Assembly: GCA_027625145.1 (NCBI GenBank)
Contig: JAQBXK010000006.1
Location: 24,260 to 88,259, forward strand
Length of the DNA: 64,000 nt
Source of the DNA: Pseudomonadota bacterium
GTDB taxonomy: Bacteria > Pseudomonadota > Alphaproteobacteria > Puniceispirillales > Marisalimonadaceae
Direction of reading: 5' to 3'
Position 1 is the first letter of the stretch. Each line of letters starts with the position of its first letter. The notes under the pieces were generated by a model that was given only the letters and a program-made list of their open reading frames with translations, was not told where the DNA came from and did not search any database. The position numbers were made by a program, and so were the translations under genes. Shown in pieces: positions 16,358-25,028 of this stretch.

Positions 16358-17344
16358 TTATTTAGTATTTTTTATTAAATTAACCAGAGGTTTCAGGTTA
16401 GGGTTAGCTGATAAATATTTTGTATGAACTGGTTTCATCGCGTCCATGAATGCTTGCTTATTTGGAATTTCATTAAATTTAACTCCTGCTTTCATTACTT
16501 TTTCACGACTTGAAATAGCTCTTTTTTCCCATAATTCTCTTTGTAAGACAGCTGATTCACGAGCAGCATCTTTAACTGCTTTTTTATCTTTTGCTGATAA
16601 GTTATTATAAACTTTATCATTAATACATACACATTCTGGAATAATTAAGTGTTGAGACAAAGAGTAATATTTAGCAACTTCAAAATGTCCTGTTGATTCA
16701 TACGAAGGCCAGTTATTCTCAGCCCCATCGACAACACCTGTTTTTAAGGATTGAAAAACTTCTGAAAAAGCCATAGGTGATGGGTTTCCTCCTAGTGCCG
16801 AAATCATTCCAGAATAAAGATCATTATTCATAACACGAACTTTTAAACCCGAAACATCAGATGGTTTCATAATAGGTTTTTTAGAATTATAAAATGAACG
16901 TGCCCCTGAATCATACCAAGCTAAAGCAATTAATCCAATTTTTGCCATGCCAGCACTTATTTTGTCACCGGCGGCTCCATCAAGCGCTCTGTGCATATGC
17001 CCCATATCTTTAAAAATAAATGGTAAAGATACAACGTTTGCTTCTGCAGCCATGGGCCCTATAGGTCCAAGATTAAAATTGCCTATTGCTAATCCACCAA
17101 CTCTAACTTGTTCAATAGCATCGGGTTGGTTCCCTAAGACACCTGAGTGAAACATTTTTAGAGTAATCTTTCCTCCAGTTTTTTGCTTTACTAATTCACC
17201 AAACTTATCCATAGCTACTGTATTAGGATATCCAGGTTTATGTATATTCCATCCACGCCATTCTTCTGCAATTGACGTCATTGACATAGTTGTAGCAAAG
17301 GCAACTGTAGAAATACCAAGTATTATGTTTTTTAAGTTCTTCAT
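16358..17344 (-). CDS. dctP: TRAP transporter substrate-binding protein
   Basis: It has a signal peptide and is a 328-aa DctP-family protein. Arg-containing motifs include SGARSFYN. Confidence 0.9.
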   Translation of the reverse strand: MKNLKNIILGISTVAFATTMSMTSIAEEWRGWNIHKPGYPNTVAMDKFGELVKQKTGGKITLKMFHSGVLGNQPDAIEQVRVGGLAIGNFNLGPIGPMAAEANVVSLPFIFKDMGHMHRALDGAAGDKISAGMAKIGLIALAWYDSGARSFYNSKKPIMKPSDVSGLKVRVMNNDLYSGMISALGGNPSPMAFSEVFQSLKTGVVDGAENNWPSYESTGHFEVAKYYSLSQHLIIPECVCINDKVYNNLSAKDKKAVKDAARESAVLQRELWEKRAISSREKVMKAGVKFNEIPNKQAFMDAMKPVHTKYLSANPNLKPLVNLIKNTK

Positions 17345-17534
17345 AAAATTTCCCCATTTTAATTTATCTATTACTTTATTGAAAACTATAACAAAGTTTT
17401 ATTAATTTAATCATGAGGGTTAATTAACATAAGAGTCAATTTTTTTATTAACAAATTCATTAAATTTTTTCTTGTAATTTTATAATTTAAGGTAATTTTT
17501 ACTAGTACATGTATTTTGAGCAGATAACTATTTT

Positions 17535-18569
17535 TTAATTAAAGGCTATTTGAACTTTCATACTTCGTTGTTTGGTATCTATTGCAATTCCAAACCCTGT
17601 TTCAGCTTCAGAAAGTGGGATGGTATGAGTTACCAAAGGTTTAACATTTAATAATTTTTTTTGCATCATATGAACGGCTAATTTAAATTCATTATGAAAT
17701 CTGAATGATCCTTTTATATTTAATTCTTTTGTAGTTACGGCAACTAAGGGCATTAAAATATCGCCACCAAGTCCAAGTTGAACCAATGTACCTTTTGGTT
17801 TAAGGCATTTGATTGCATCAGTTATTCCAGATGAAGATCCAGAGCATTCCATAGCAACATCAAAAAATCCCTTTTCTAATTGAAGTTTTTCTATATCAGA
17901 ATAATTTTTATCACTATTAATTATGGTGTCTGCTCCTACTAACTGGGCGTATGATAAAGCATTATCGGAAATGTCTGTTACAACGATTTCAGCTGCTCCA
18001 GCTCTTCTTGCAGCTAGTACACAAAGTGTTCCAATAGGGCCCGATCCAGTTATTAAGACTTTTTTTCCAAATATATTGCCAGCTTGTTTAATAGCATGAA
18101 GGCATACAGATAAAGGTTCTGCCATTGCGGCCTCCTCTGGAGACAGGCCATCTGCAGGAATACATTGATAGTCTTCAGCGATAAGTACTTCTCTAAATGC
18201 GCCTTGAATATGTGGAAATGGCATTGCGGATCCATAAAATTTCATATTAACACAATGATTTTGAGAGCCTTCTAAACAATAATGACAATTATTACATGGC
18301 CTTGATGGAGACACCGATACTAATTGTCCAATTTCAAGATTTTTAACATTAGATCCTATTTTAGTTATATACCCTGATACTTCATGGCCAAGTATCATTG
18401 GTTCTTTCAATTTAATTTCTCCAAATCCTCCATGCTTATAATAATGAAGGTCTGTTCCACAAATTCCTCCAATAGCGAGAGAAATTTCAACTTGGTTATT
18501 AGAGATATTTTCTAAAGGGTAATCTTCAATTCTTAAGTCCATCGCAGAATGTATGAATATAGATTTCAT
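17535..18569 (-). CDS. Zn-dependent MDR dehydrogenase (L-idonate 5-dehydrogenase / sorbitol dehydrogenase-like)
   Basis: Motifs are GICGTDLHYY, GHEVSG, a structural-zinc Cys cluster (CNNCHYCLEGSQNHC) and the Rossmann motif GSGPIG. Confidence 0.85.
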   Translation of the reverse strand: MKSIFIHSAMDLRIEDYPLENISNNQVEISLAIGGICGTDLHYYKHGGFGEIKLKEPMILGHEVSGYITKIGSNVKNLEIGQLVSVSPSRPCNNCHYCLEGSQNHCVNMKFYGSAMPFPHIQGAFREVLIAEDYQCIPADGLSPEEAAMAEPLSVCLHAIKQAGNIFGKKVLITGSGPIGTLCVLAARRAGAAEIVVTDISDNALSYAQLVGADTIINSDKNYSDIEKLQLEKGFFDVAMECSGSSSGITDAIKCLKPKGTLVQLGLGGDILMPLVAVTTKELNIKGSFRFHNEFKLAVHMMQKKLLNVKPLVTHTIPLSEAETGFGIAIDTKQRSMKVQIAFN

Positions 18570-18686
18570 TATTTTACCCTTAACTGATTTTAAATTTATT
18601 CATGTAAAAGATAAATATATGAAAGAAAATTAGCAATATTTTTGTTAATTATATATATTTTTATTAGATTTTCGTTGGAGGTAGAA

Positions 18687-19457
18687 ATGAGTCTTGGAAT
18701 TGAATTGTTTAATCTTAGCGGGAAAAGGGCTCTTATAACTGGTTCATCCCAAGGTATAGGTTATGCTTTAGCTAGAGGATTAAGCCAAGCTGGTGCGAAT
18801 ATAATTTTGAATGGTAGGAATGCAAAAAAACTAGAACAATCAGCTAACAATTTAAATGTAAAAGGAGAGTTGCATCAACTTAGTTTTGATGTAACCGATC
18901 ATGCCGCAACAAAGTATGCAATTGATAAATACGAAAATGAAATTGGAGCGATTGATATTTTAATTAACAATGCTGGAATGCAACATAGAACTCCTCTTGA
19001 AGATTTTCCTGCAGAAATGTTTGAACAATTATTGAGAACTAATGTTTCATCAGTGTTTAATGTAAGTCAGGCGATTGTTAAACATATGATAAAAAGAAGT
19101 TCAGGTAAAATCATTAATATAGCGAGTGTTCAAACTTTATTAGCTAGGCCTGGAATAGCTCCTTATACAGCTACCAAAGGTGCTGTTGGTAATTTAACAA
19201 AAGGCATGGCTACTGATTGGGCTAAATATGGACTTCAGTGCAACGCTATCGCTCCAGGTTATTTTGATACGCCTTTAAATGCAGCTCTTGTTGCTGATAA
19301 AGATTTTACGTCATGGCTTGAAAAAAGAACACCTGCAGGCCGTTGGGGAGAAGTAGATGAACTAATAGGTGCTTGTATTTTTCTTAGTTCTGGTGCATCA
19401 AACTTTGTTAATGGACATACTCTTTATGTAGATGGGGGAATCACCGCTTCATTATAA
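18687..19457 (+). CDS. Short-chain dehydrogenase/reductase (gluconate 5-dehydrogenase / KduD-like)
   Basis: Motifs are ITGSSQGIG, NNAG and YTATKGAV. I chose ATG 18687 because GGAGG lies 6 nt upstream. The longer track ORF from 18642 has no SD. Confidence 0.85.
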   Translation: MSLGIELFNLSGKRALITGSSQGIGYALARGLSQAGANIILNGRNAKKLEQSANNLNVKGELHQLSFDVTDHAATKYAIDKYENEIGAIDILINNAGMQHRTPLEDFPAEMFEQLLRTNVSSVFNVSQAIVKHMIKRSSGKIINIASVQTLLARPGIAPYTATKGAVGNLTKGMATDWAKYGLQCNAIAPGYFDTPLNAALVADKDFTSWLEKRTPAGRWGEVDELIGACIFLSSGASNFVNGHTLYVDGGITASL

Positions 19458-20210
19458 TGTTTTAATTGAAGATTCTTTAAATATACTATTTTTAATTAAT
19501 TCATTATATTTTACATTTTTTAAATCTGATCTAGGATTATTAATATTTATAATTTGAGTGTTTTTATCTTCTTTTTCTCCAGGTTTTTGAACTATTAATA
19601 TACGATCTGACATACTAGTAGCTTCATTGATGTCGTGAGTTACCATAATTATAGTTAGTTTTAATGAGGCCCACAATTCTTTTACATGTTGATGAAGGTT
19701 TGTTTTAGTAAAGCTATCCAATGCGCTAAAAGGTTCATCAAGCAAGAGAACCTTTGGTTCTCTTACAAGGGCTCTCGCAATTGCTACTCTTTGCGCCATA
19801 CCTCCAGATAGTTCTCTTGGCCATAATTTTTCACAATTCTCAAGACCTACTTTTTGAAGTGTTTTAGATATTTTTACTTTTTGTTGTTTCTTATTCTCAT
19901 TTAGTATTGATAACTTTATATTGTCATAAACATTGAGCCATGGCATTAATCGGGGGTCTTGGAAAACCATACCGATATTTGAACTTGGTTTTTTAATAAT
20001 CTTGTTATTTAGCTTTATAAACCCGGTAGAAGCTTTTTCTAGTCCTCCAATTATTCTAAGTAAAGTTGATTTACCGCAGCCACTTTGGCCCACTAATGAA
20101 ATAATTTCATGATCATTAATAAGTAAATTAGTTTTTTGAAGGGCGGCCACATCTTTTTCATTATTTTTAAATATTTTAGATATGTTGCTAATTTCAAGCA
20201 TTGTTAGCAC
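19452..20210 (-). CDS. ABC transporter ATP-binding protein, NitT/TauT (sulfonate/taurine/nitrate) family
   Basis: It has Walker A (GQSGCGKST), the signature LSGGMAQRV and Walker B (LLLDEP). Confidence 0.85.
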   Translation of the reverse strand: MLTMLEISNISKIFKNNEKDVAALQKTNLLINDHEIISLVGQSGCGKSTLLRIIGGLEKASTGFIKLNNKIIKKPSSNIGMVFQDPRLMPWLNVYDNIKLSILNENKKQQKVKISKTLQKVGLENCEKLWPRELSGGMAQRVAIARALVREPKVLLLDEPFSALDSFTKTNLHQHVKELWASLKLTIIMVTHDINEATSMSDRILIVQKPGEKEDKNTQIININNPRSDLKNVKYNELIKNSIFKESSIKTL

Positions 20211-21051
20211 CTCCTTGCATTGTATCTAATGATTCTTTCCATTTAAGAAATGGTTTAGCTGAAAGGTAAATTAGTTCATCAGTTAGCTTGCCAATAATTG
20301 CAAATAGTATTAATGCTCCAATTATCAAAGCTGGTCGACCAGTCATTTGGCCATCTATCATAAGATATCCAAGTCCTTCGCTTGCTCCCATAAGTTCTGC
20401 AGCTATAACAAACATCCATCCTAGTGCAAGGCCACTTCTTAGTCCTGTAATCCATTCAGGTATTATGCCTGGAAGCAAAATCCATCGAATAGTTTGAAAT
20501 AAATTTAGGTTATTAATATTAGCTACTTCAATCATTCTTTTGTCTATTTGTCTTATCCCCATCATTAAATTTAAATATACTGGGAAAAAAACCCCTACAG
20601 AAATTAGGGCTACCTTACTATTTTCAAAAATACCAAACCATAATATAAATAATGGAACCCATGCTAATGAAGGTACAGCTTTTAAAGCTTGAATAGTTGG
20701 ATCAAAAAGTTTTCTAATAAAAGGAGAAACACCTGTTAGAATTCCTAAAATTGTTGCTGCTATTCCTCCGCCTATAAATCCATAAAAAACTCTGGTTAAG
20801 GTAATTTGAATATGGCTAAATAACGTGCCGTCATGTGCAAGTATTAAAATTTCTTTTAAAACTTCGTTAGGTGTTGGTAATAAGCTGTTTCTTATAGTTT
20901 CGGTTACAGCTAAAAAATACCATATAAGTAATATAATAACTGGGAGAATAATTCCAATTAATGGTTGGCTAAACTTTGCCTTAAATAAATTATATAAACT
21001 CTTAAGGAGCTTATATAATTTATTATTATTGATTTTAAAAAAAATATTCAT
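20194..21051 (-). CDS. ABC transporter permease, NitT/TauT family
   Basis: It is a BPD-type inner-membrane component with an EAA-like loop. It overlaps the downstream ATPase gene by 17 nt. Confidence 0.85.
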   Translation of the reverse strand: MNIFFKINNNKLYKLLKSLYNLFKAKFSQPLIGIILPVIILLIWYFLAVTETIRNSLLPTPNEVLKEILILAHDGTLFSHIQITLTRVFYGFIGGGIAATILGILTGVSPFIRKLFDPTIQALKAVPSLAWVPLFILWFGIFENSKVALISVGVFFPVYLNLMMGIRQIDKRMIEVANINNLNLFQTIRWILLPGIIPEWITGLRSGLALGWMFVIAAELMGASEGLGYLMIDGQMTGRPALIIGALILFAIIGKLTDELIYLSAKPFLKWKESLDTMQGGANNA

Positions 21052-21067
21052 TTTTTACTTATAAAAT

Positions 21068-22057
21068 TTAGTTTTTAGTTAGAAAGCTTGTGTCTACTAA
21101 TTCGTTAACAACATCCTTAATAGAAACAGATGCTTTAATGATCCCAATTTTTTGTAAAATATTTCCTGCAGTTAAAAACGTATTAATTTGTTTAGGCCCA
21201 ATATTTGGATTAGTAATATCAGTTCTTTCGTTTAGTTGTTTTTGTGCAACTGCATCGGATAATTTTACAGCTTTAATTAAAGATTGTTTCAATTCATTTG
21301 GATTTTTAATAGCGTGCAAACGATTTTCTTCATAGATCTTTAAAACTTTTTTAACTAGTAATGGATATTTTGAAGAAAACTCCTCTCTAACATTAAGTAT
21401 ACCATAAGTATTTAAATCTGCGTTCCTATAGAATAATGGAGTTTGTGTTTCTAATTCACCTTTGGCCATATGAGGATCAAGTCCAGCCCAAGCGTCCACT
21501 TGTCCGCTTACTAGTGCTCTATATCCATCAGGATGTTGAAGAAGTACTGGTTTGATATCTTTCTCAGTAAGACCAACACTATCTAGAGCTTGTAATAAGA
21601 AAATATGAGGGTCTGTTCCTCTAGTAACTGCAACTCTTTTGCCAACAAGATCTTTTATGCCAGTAATACCACTATTTTTATTTGTTACTAAGGCTGTCCA
21701 TTCTGGCTTAGAATATACATATATAGCTTTAATTGGAATTCCGTTAGCTCTACCTATTACAGCAGATGCTCCTGCAGTAGAACCAAAATCTATACTTCCT
21801 CCATTAAGATATTCAAGAGCCTTATTAGATCCTAATGAAAGAACCCATCTAATTTTTATATTATCCTTTTTAAATGCTTTTTCTAATGAGCCTCTATCTT
21901 TCATAAGAAGACTTACAGGATTATAATATGCGTAATCTATGTTTATAATTTTTGGAATTTCAGCATATGATTGGCTAGAAATAAGTGAAATAGTTGTTGA
22001 TGCTATTATTGTGCCTATAAAGGCGCTGAAGCATTTTTTTGTTTTGATAAATATCAT
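21068..22057 (-). CDS. ABC transporter periplasmic substrate-binding protein, SsuA/TauA/NMT1-like
   Basis: It has a signal peptide and is a 329-aa NMT1/THI5-like protein (GSNKALEYLNGGSIDFGS, KRVAVTRGTD). Confidence 0.75.
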   Translation of the reverse strand: MIFIKTKKCFSAFIGTIIASTTISLISSQSYAEIPKIINIDYAYYNPVSLLMKDRGSLEKAFKKDNIKIRWVLSLGSNKALEYLNGGSIDFGSTAGASAVIGRANGIPIKAIYVYSKPEWTALVTNKNSGITGIKDLVGKRVAVTRGTDPHIFLLQALDSVGLTEKDIKPVLLQHPDGYRALVSGQVDAWAGLDPHMAKGELETQTPLFYRNADLNTYGILNVREEFSSKYPLLVKKVLKIYEENRLHAIKNPNELKQSLIKAVKLSDAVAQKQLNERTDITNPNIGPKQINTFLTAGNILQKIGIIKASVSIKDVVNELVDTSFLTKN

Positions 22058-22193
22058 TGTAATGTCCCTTTGGGTATATTTTAAATTTGTTGTTAAGGCT
22101 TAATTAGATATATTTTCTATTTTAACAACATTAAAAATTGATTTATAGTATTTTTTTCAATAATATTGTAATATAAAGAAAATTATTCTTTTT

Positions 22194-22679
22194 ATGGGAA
22201 GTGCTATGATAGATACTATTGATCAAAAGATACTTGTTTTAATACAAAAAAATGCTGGGTTACCGCTTTCTGAAATTTCTAAAAGAGTCGGAATCTCTCC
22301 CACTCCATGCTGGAATAGAATTAAGAAGATGGAAGAGAGGGGAGTTATATCTGCAAGAACTATTGTTTTAAACAGAAAGGCGATTAATCTTCCCGTGCTT
22401 GTTTTCTTGTCTATACAGGTAGCCCATCATTCTGGAGATTGGATTTCAGAATTGCAGAATGTTGTTGATAAATATGACCAGATTATTGAGGCTCATAGAT
22501 TAACAGGATCAGATGCTGATTATCTTTTAAAAGTTGTAGCTTCTAGTATTGAGGATTATGACAATTTCCAACAAAAATTAATTGGAGAATTGGAGTTTGC
22601 AAAAATGTCTTCAAGTATTTCTCTGCAAGAAATGAAAGTCTCTCATGTTTTGCCATTAAGTCAATGTGCGGTTAATTAA
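22194..22679 (+). CDS. Lrp/AsnC-family transcriptional regulator
   Basis: It has an HTH (LDxxDxKIL-type: IDQKILVLIQKNAGLPLSEISKRVGISPTPCWNRIKKMEERGVI) and a RAM/ASNC domain. The start may instead be ATG 22206. Confidence 0.85.
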   Translation: MGSAMIDTIDQKILVLIQKNAGLPLSEISKRVGISPTPCWNRIKKMEERGVISARTIVLNRKAINLPVLVFLSIQVAHHSGDWISELQNVVDKYDQIIEAHRLTGSDADYLLKVVASSIEDYDNFQQKLIGELEFAKMSSSISLQEMKVSHVLPLSQCAVN

Positions 22680-23491
22680 TTTGCATTTGGATAAAATAAA
22701 TATTCGTCTTTTATTTTAAAATTTCTAATAGTATTTTGTCCTTTTTTTGATAAAAGCCAATTTATAAATTTTATGCTATTATTAACTTTTACATTTGGGC
22801 ATCTTTTAGGGTTAACCAATGTAATTCCATACTGATTGAATAATATTTCATTATTTTCAGTTACAATAAATAAATCTAATTTGTTTTGAAAATTAATCCA
22901 TGTAGCCCTATCGGTTAAAGTGTAGGCCGCCATTCCTGCGGCTAAGTTAAGTGTTGCTCCCATGCCGGAACCAGTTTCTCTATACCATTTTCCAGAGAAT
23001 TTTTTAGGATTTAAATTAGATATATTCCAAATTACATTTTCTTTAGAGTGAGTGCCGGATTCATCTCCTCTAGATGAAAAAAAAGATTGGGTATTATATA
23101 TTTTTGTAAAAGCCTTCACCGGGCCATCTGTTTTATTTATTTTAGCAGGGTTTTTTTTTGGTCCAACTATAATAAAATCGTTATACATTAAATTATATCG
23201 TTTTACTCCGAACCCTTTCCTTACAAAATTTAATTCTCGTTCTTTTGAATGAACAATAAGTATATCTCCATCACAGTTAGCGGCATTTTTAAGTGCTGCT
23301 CCAGTACCAACAGAGACAACGTTTGCTGTAATATTTATTTCTTTCTTTATAATAGGAAGAATATAATCATAAAATCCAGAATTATAGGTAGAGGTTGTTG
23401 ATTGGACTAATATAGAGTTGTCTGCAATTACAGTTTTTGTGAAAAATAACAGGCAGATAATAAATATATAAAATTCTTTCATTAGCTTCAC
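22676..23491 (-). CDS. tupA: Tungstate ABC transporter substrate-binding protein TupA-like
   Basis: It has a signal peptide and an anion-binding segment, VQSTTSTYNSG, resembling the TupA TTTS motif. It is paired divergently with clear tupB and tupC genes. Confidence 0.75.
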   Translation of the reverse strand: MKLMKEFYIFIICLLFFTKTVIADNSILVQSTTSTYNSGFYDYILPIIKKEINITANVVSVGTGAALKNAANCDGDILIVHSKERELNFVRKGFGVKRYNLMYNDFIIVGPKKNPAKINKTDGPVKAFTKIYNTQSFFSSRGDESGTHSKENVIWNISNLNPKKFSGKWYRETGSGMGATLNLAAGMAAYTLTDRATWINFQNKLDLFIVTENNEILFNQYGITLVNPKRCPNVKVNNSIKFINWLLSKKGQNTIRNFKIKDEYLFYPNAN

Positions 23492-23492
23492 T

Positions 23493-23529
23493 ATATTGTT
23501 TTATAATATTGTAATTTTATTCACAATAT
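23493..23529. promoter_or_regulatory. Candidate operator in the tupA / tupBC divergent promoter region
   Basis: ATATTGT (23506-23512) and ACAATAT (23523-23529) form an inverted repeat separated by 10 nt. A further direct ATATTGT lies at 23493-23499. The AT-rich context makes a chance occurrence plausible. Confidence 0.3.
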
Positions 23530-23579
23530 GTAAAATAAACATAATAATGTATAAATAAACATAATTCTGCAAGATTAAA

Positions 23580-24287
23580 ATGAATATTTTACTAGAAGCT
23601 TTTCAACAATCATTTGATTTAGTATTTAACTTTGATAAAGATTTATTTGAAATATTATTTCTTTCGCTAAGAGTAAGCTTAGTTTCTCTATTGTTATCTT
23701 GTTTAATAGGATTGCCTTTGGGAACTATATTAGCCATTAAAAATTTTTGGTTTAGAGATAGTATCTTAATTATATTTAATACTATGATGGGGTTGCCCCC
23801 AGTTGTTGTTGGGCTAATTGTATATATTATTATATCTAGATCTGGACCATTAGGTTGGATGGGTATTTTATATACCCCTACAGCAATGATAATAGCTCAA
23901 ATGATATTAATAATTCCGATTATAGTATCTTTATCTGCTCAAATTATTGAAGAAATTCAATTAGAGTATAAAAATCTTTTTAAATCTTTGGTAATTTCTT
24001 CTCAAGATGCAGTCAAAGCATATCTTTTTGATGCCAGGTATTCTATTTTAACAGTTATGCTAGCAGGGTTTGGAAGAGCTATTTCTGAGGTTGGAGCAGT
24101 TATTATTGTAGGCGGGAATATTGATCATTTAACCAGAGTTATGACCACTTCAATAGCTTTAGAAACGTCAAAGGGTAATTTGTCTCTTGCATTGGCCCTA
24201 GGGATAATATTGTTATTAATAGCATTAACAGTTAACTTTCTTTTAATCCGTTTAAAAATAACAGCTAAACGGAGATCATATGTGTAA
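23580..24287 (+). CDS. tupB: Tungstate ABC transporter permease TupB
   Basis: It closely matches the remembered TupB pattern (LSLRVS, NTMMGLPPVVVGL, SRSGPLG, TPTAMIIAQ). Confidence 0.85.
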   Translation: MNILLEAFQQSFDLVFNFDKDLFEILFLSLRVSLVSLLLSCLIGLPLGTILAIKNFWFRDSILIIFNTMMGLPPVVVGLIVYIIISRSGPLGWMGILYTPTAMIIAQMILIIPIIVSLSAQIIEEIQLEYKNLFKSLVISSQDAVKAYLFDARYSILTVMLAGFGRAISEVGAVIIVGGNIDHLTRVMTTSIALETSKGNLSLALALGIILLLIALTVNFLLIRLKITAKRRSYV

Positions 24288-25014
24288 TATAAAATTTATA
24301 GATGAACTCAAAATAAGCCCTATAGAAATAGTAAATTTATCTACTAAAATTAATAATAATTTGATTTTAGATAATATAAGCTTTGAAATACTTGATAAAT
24401 CTATAACTGCTATTTTAGGTCCTAATGGTGCTGGAAAGAGTGTATTGTTACAAACAATTAATGGTTTGGTGCCAATATTAAAAGGAAAAATAACTTTCAA
24501 TTCAGAAGAAACAAGTGAAGTTATAAGAAAAAAACAAGCTATGGTTTTCCAAACTCCTACTTTATTAAGAAGATCTGTTTTAGATAATATGGAGTTTATA
24601 AATAAGATAAATAAAGAAACAAATATTTCAGATGCTAAAATTTTGCTTAAAAAAGTTGGGTTAGATGATTTCTATAATCATCCCGCAAGGTTGTTATCCG
24701 GAGGAGAAAAGCAGAGATTATCCTTGGCTAGAGCGTTATTATTAAAACCAAAATTATTACTTCTCGATGAACCTACAACAAATTTAGATCCATATTCTTT
24801 AAAGTTAATAGAAGACCTGATATTAGAAGAAAGTATCAAAGGAACATCCATTATCTTAACTACTCATGATATGGCACAAGCTAAAAGATTAGCCTCAAAT
24901 ATTATATTTATTAATAAAGGAAAAGTATTAGAGCAAACTGAGGCAAAAGTCTTTTTTAGAAAACCAGTAACAAATGAAGCTAGGAAATATTTAGCTGGAG
25001 AAATACTTTTATAA
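24280..25014 (+). CDS. tupC: Tungstate ABC transporter ATP-binding protein TupC
   Basis: It has Walker A (GPNGAGKS), the signature LSGGEKQRL and Walker B (LLLDEP). It overlaps tupB by 8 nt. Confidence 0.8.
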   Translation: MCNIKFIDELKISPIEIVNLSTKINNNLILDNISFEILDKSITAILGPNGAGKSVLLQTINGLVPILKGKITFNSEETSEVIRKKQAMVFQTPTLLRRSVLDNMEFINKINKETNISDAKILLKKVGLDDFYNHPARLLSGGEKQRLSLARALLLKPKLLLLDEPTTNLDPYSLKLIEDLILEESIKGTSIILTTHDMAQAKRLASNIIFINKGKVLEQTEAKVFFRKPVTNEARKYLAGEILL

Positions 25015-25028
25015 ATATAAGTTAAAAG

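Noticed and set aside
18642-18686. The ORF track gives N-terminal extensions for the SDR (18642), the BI-1 protein (59588) and the rhodanese (up to 32002).
   Set aside because: In each case an internal ATG preceded by a good SD gives a protein starting at the normal family N-terminus. The extensions are hydrophobic or AT-rich junk, and the rhodanese extension overlaps the neighbouring gene.
22160-22172. A 13-nt exact match, ATAATATTGTAAT, is shared between the lrp upstream region (22160-22172) and the tup divergent promoter (23503-23515).
   Set aside because: It is almost pure A/T with a TATAAT-like core. Matches of this length are expected by chance among the AT-rich intergenic regions, so I do not treat it as a shared operator.
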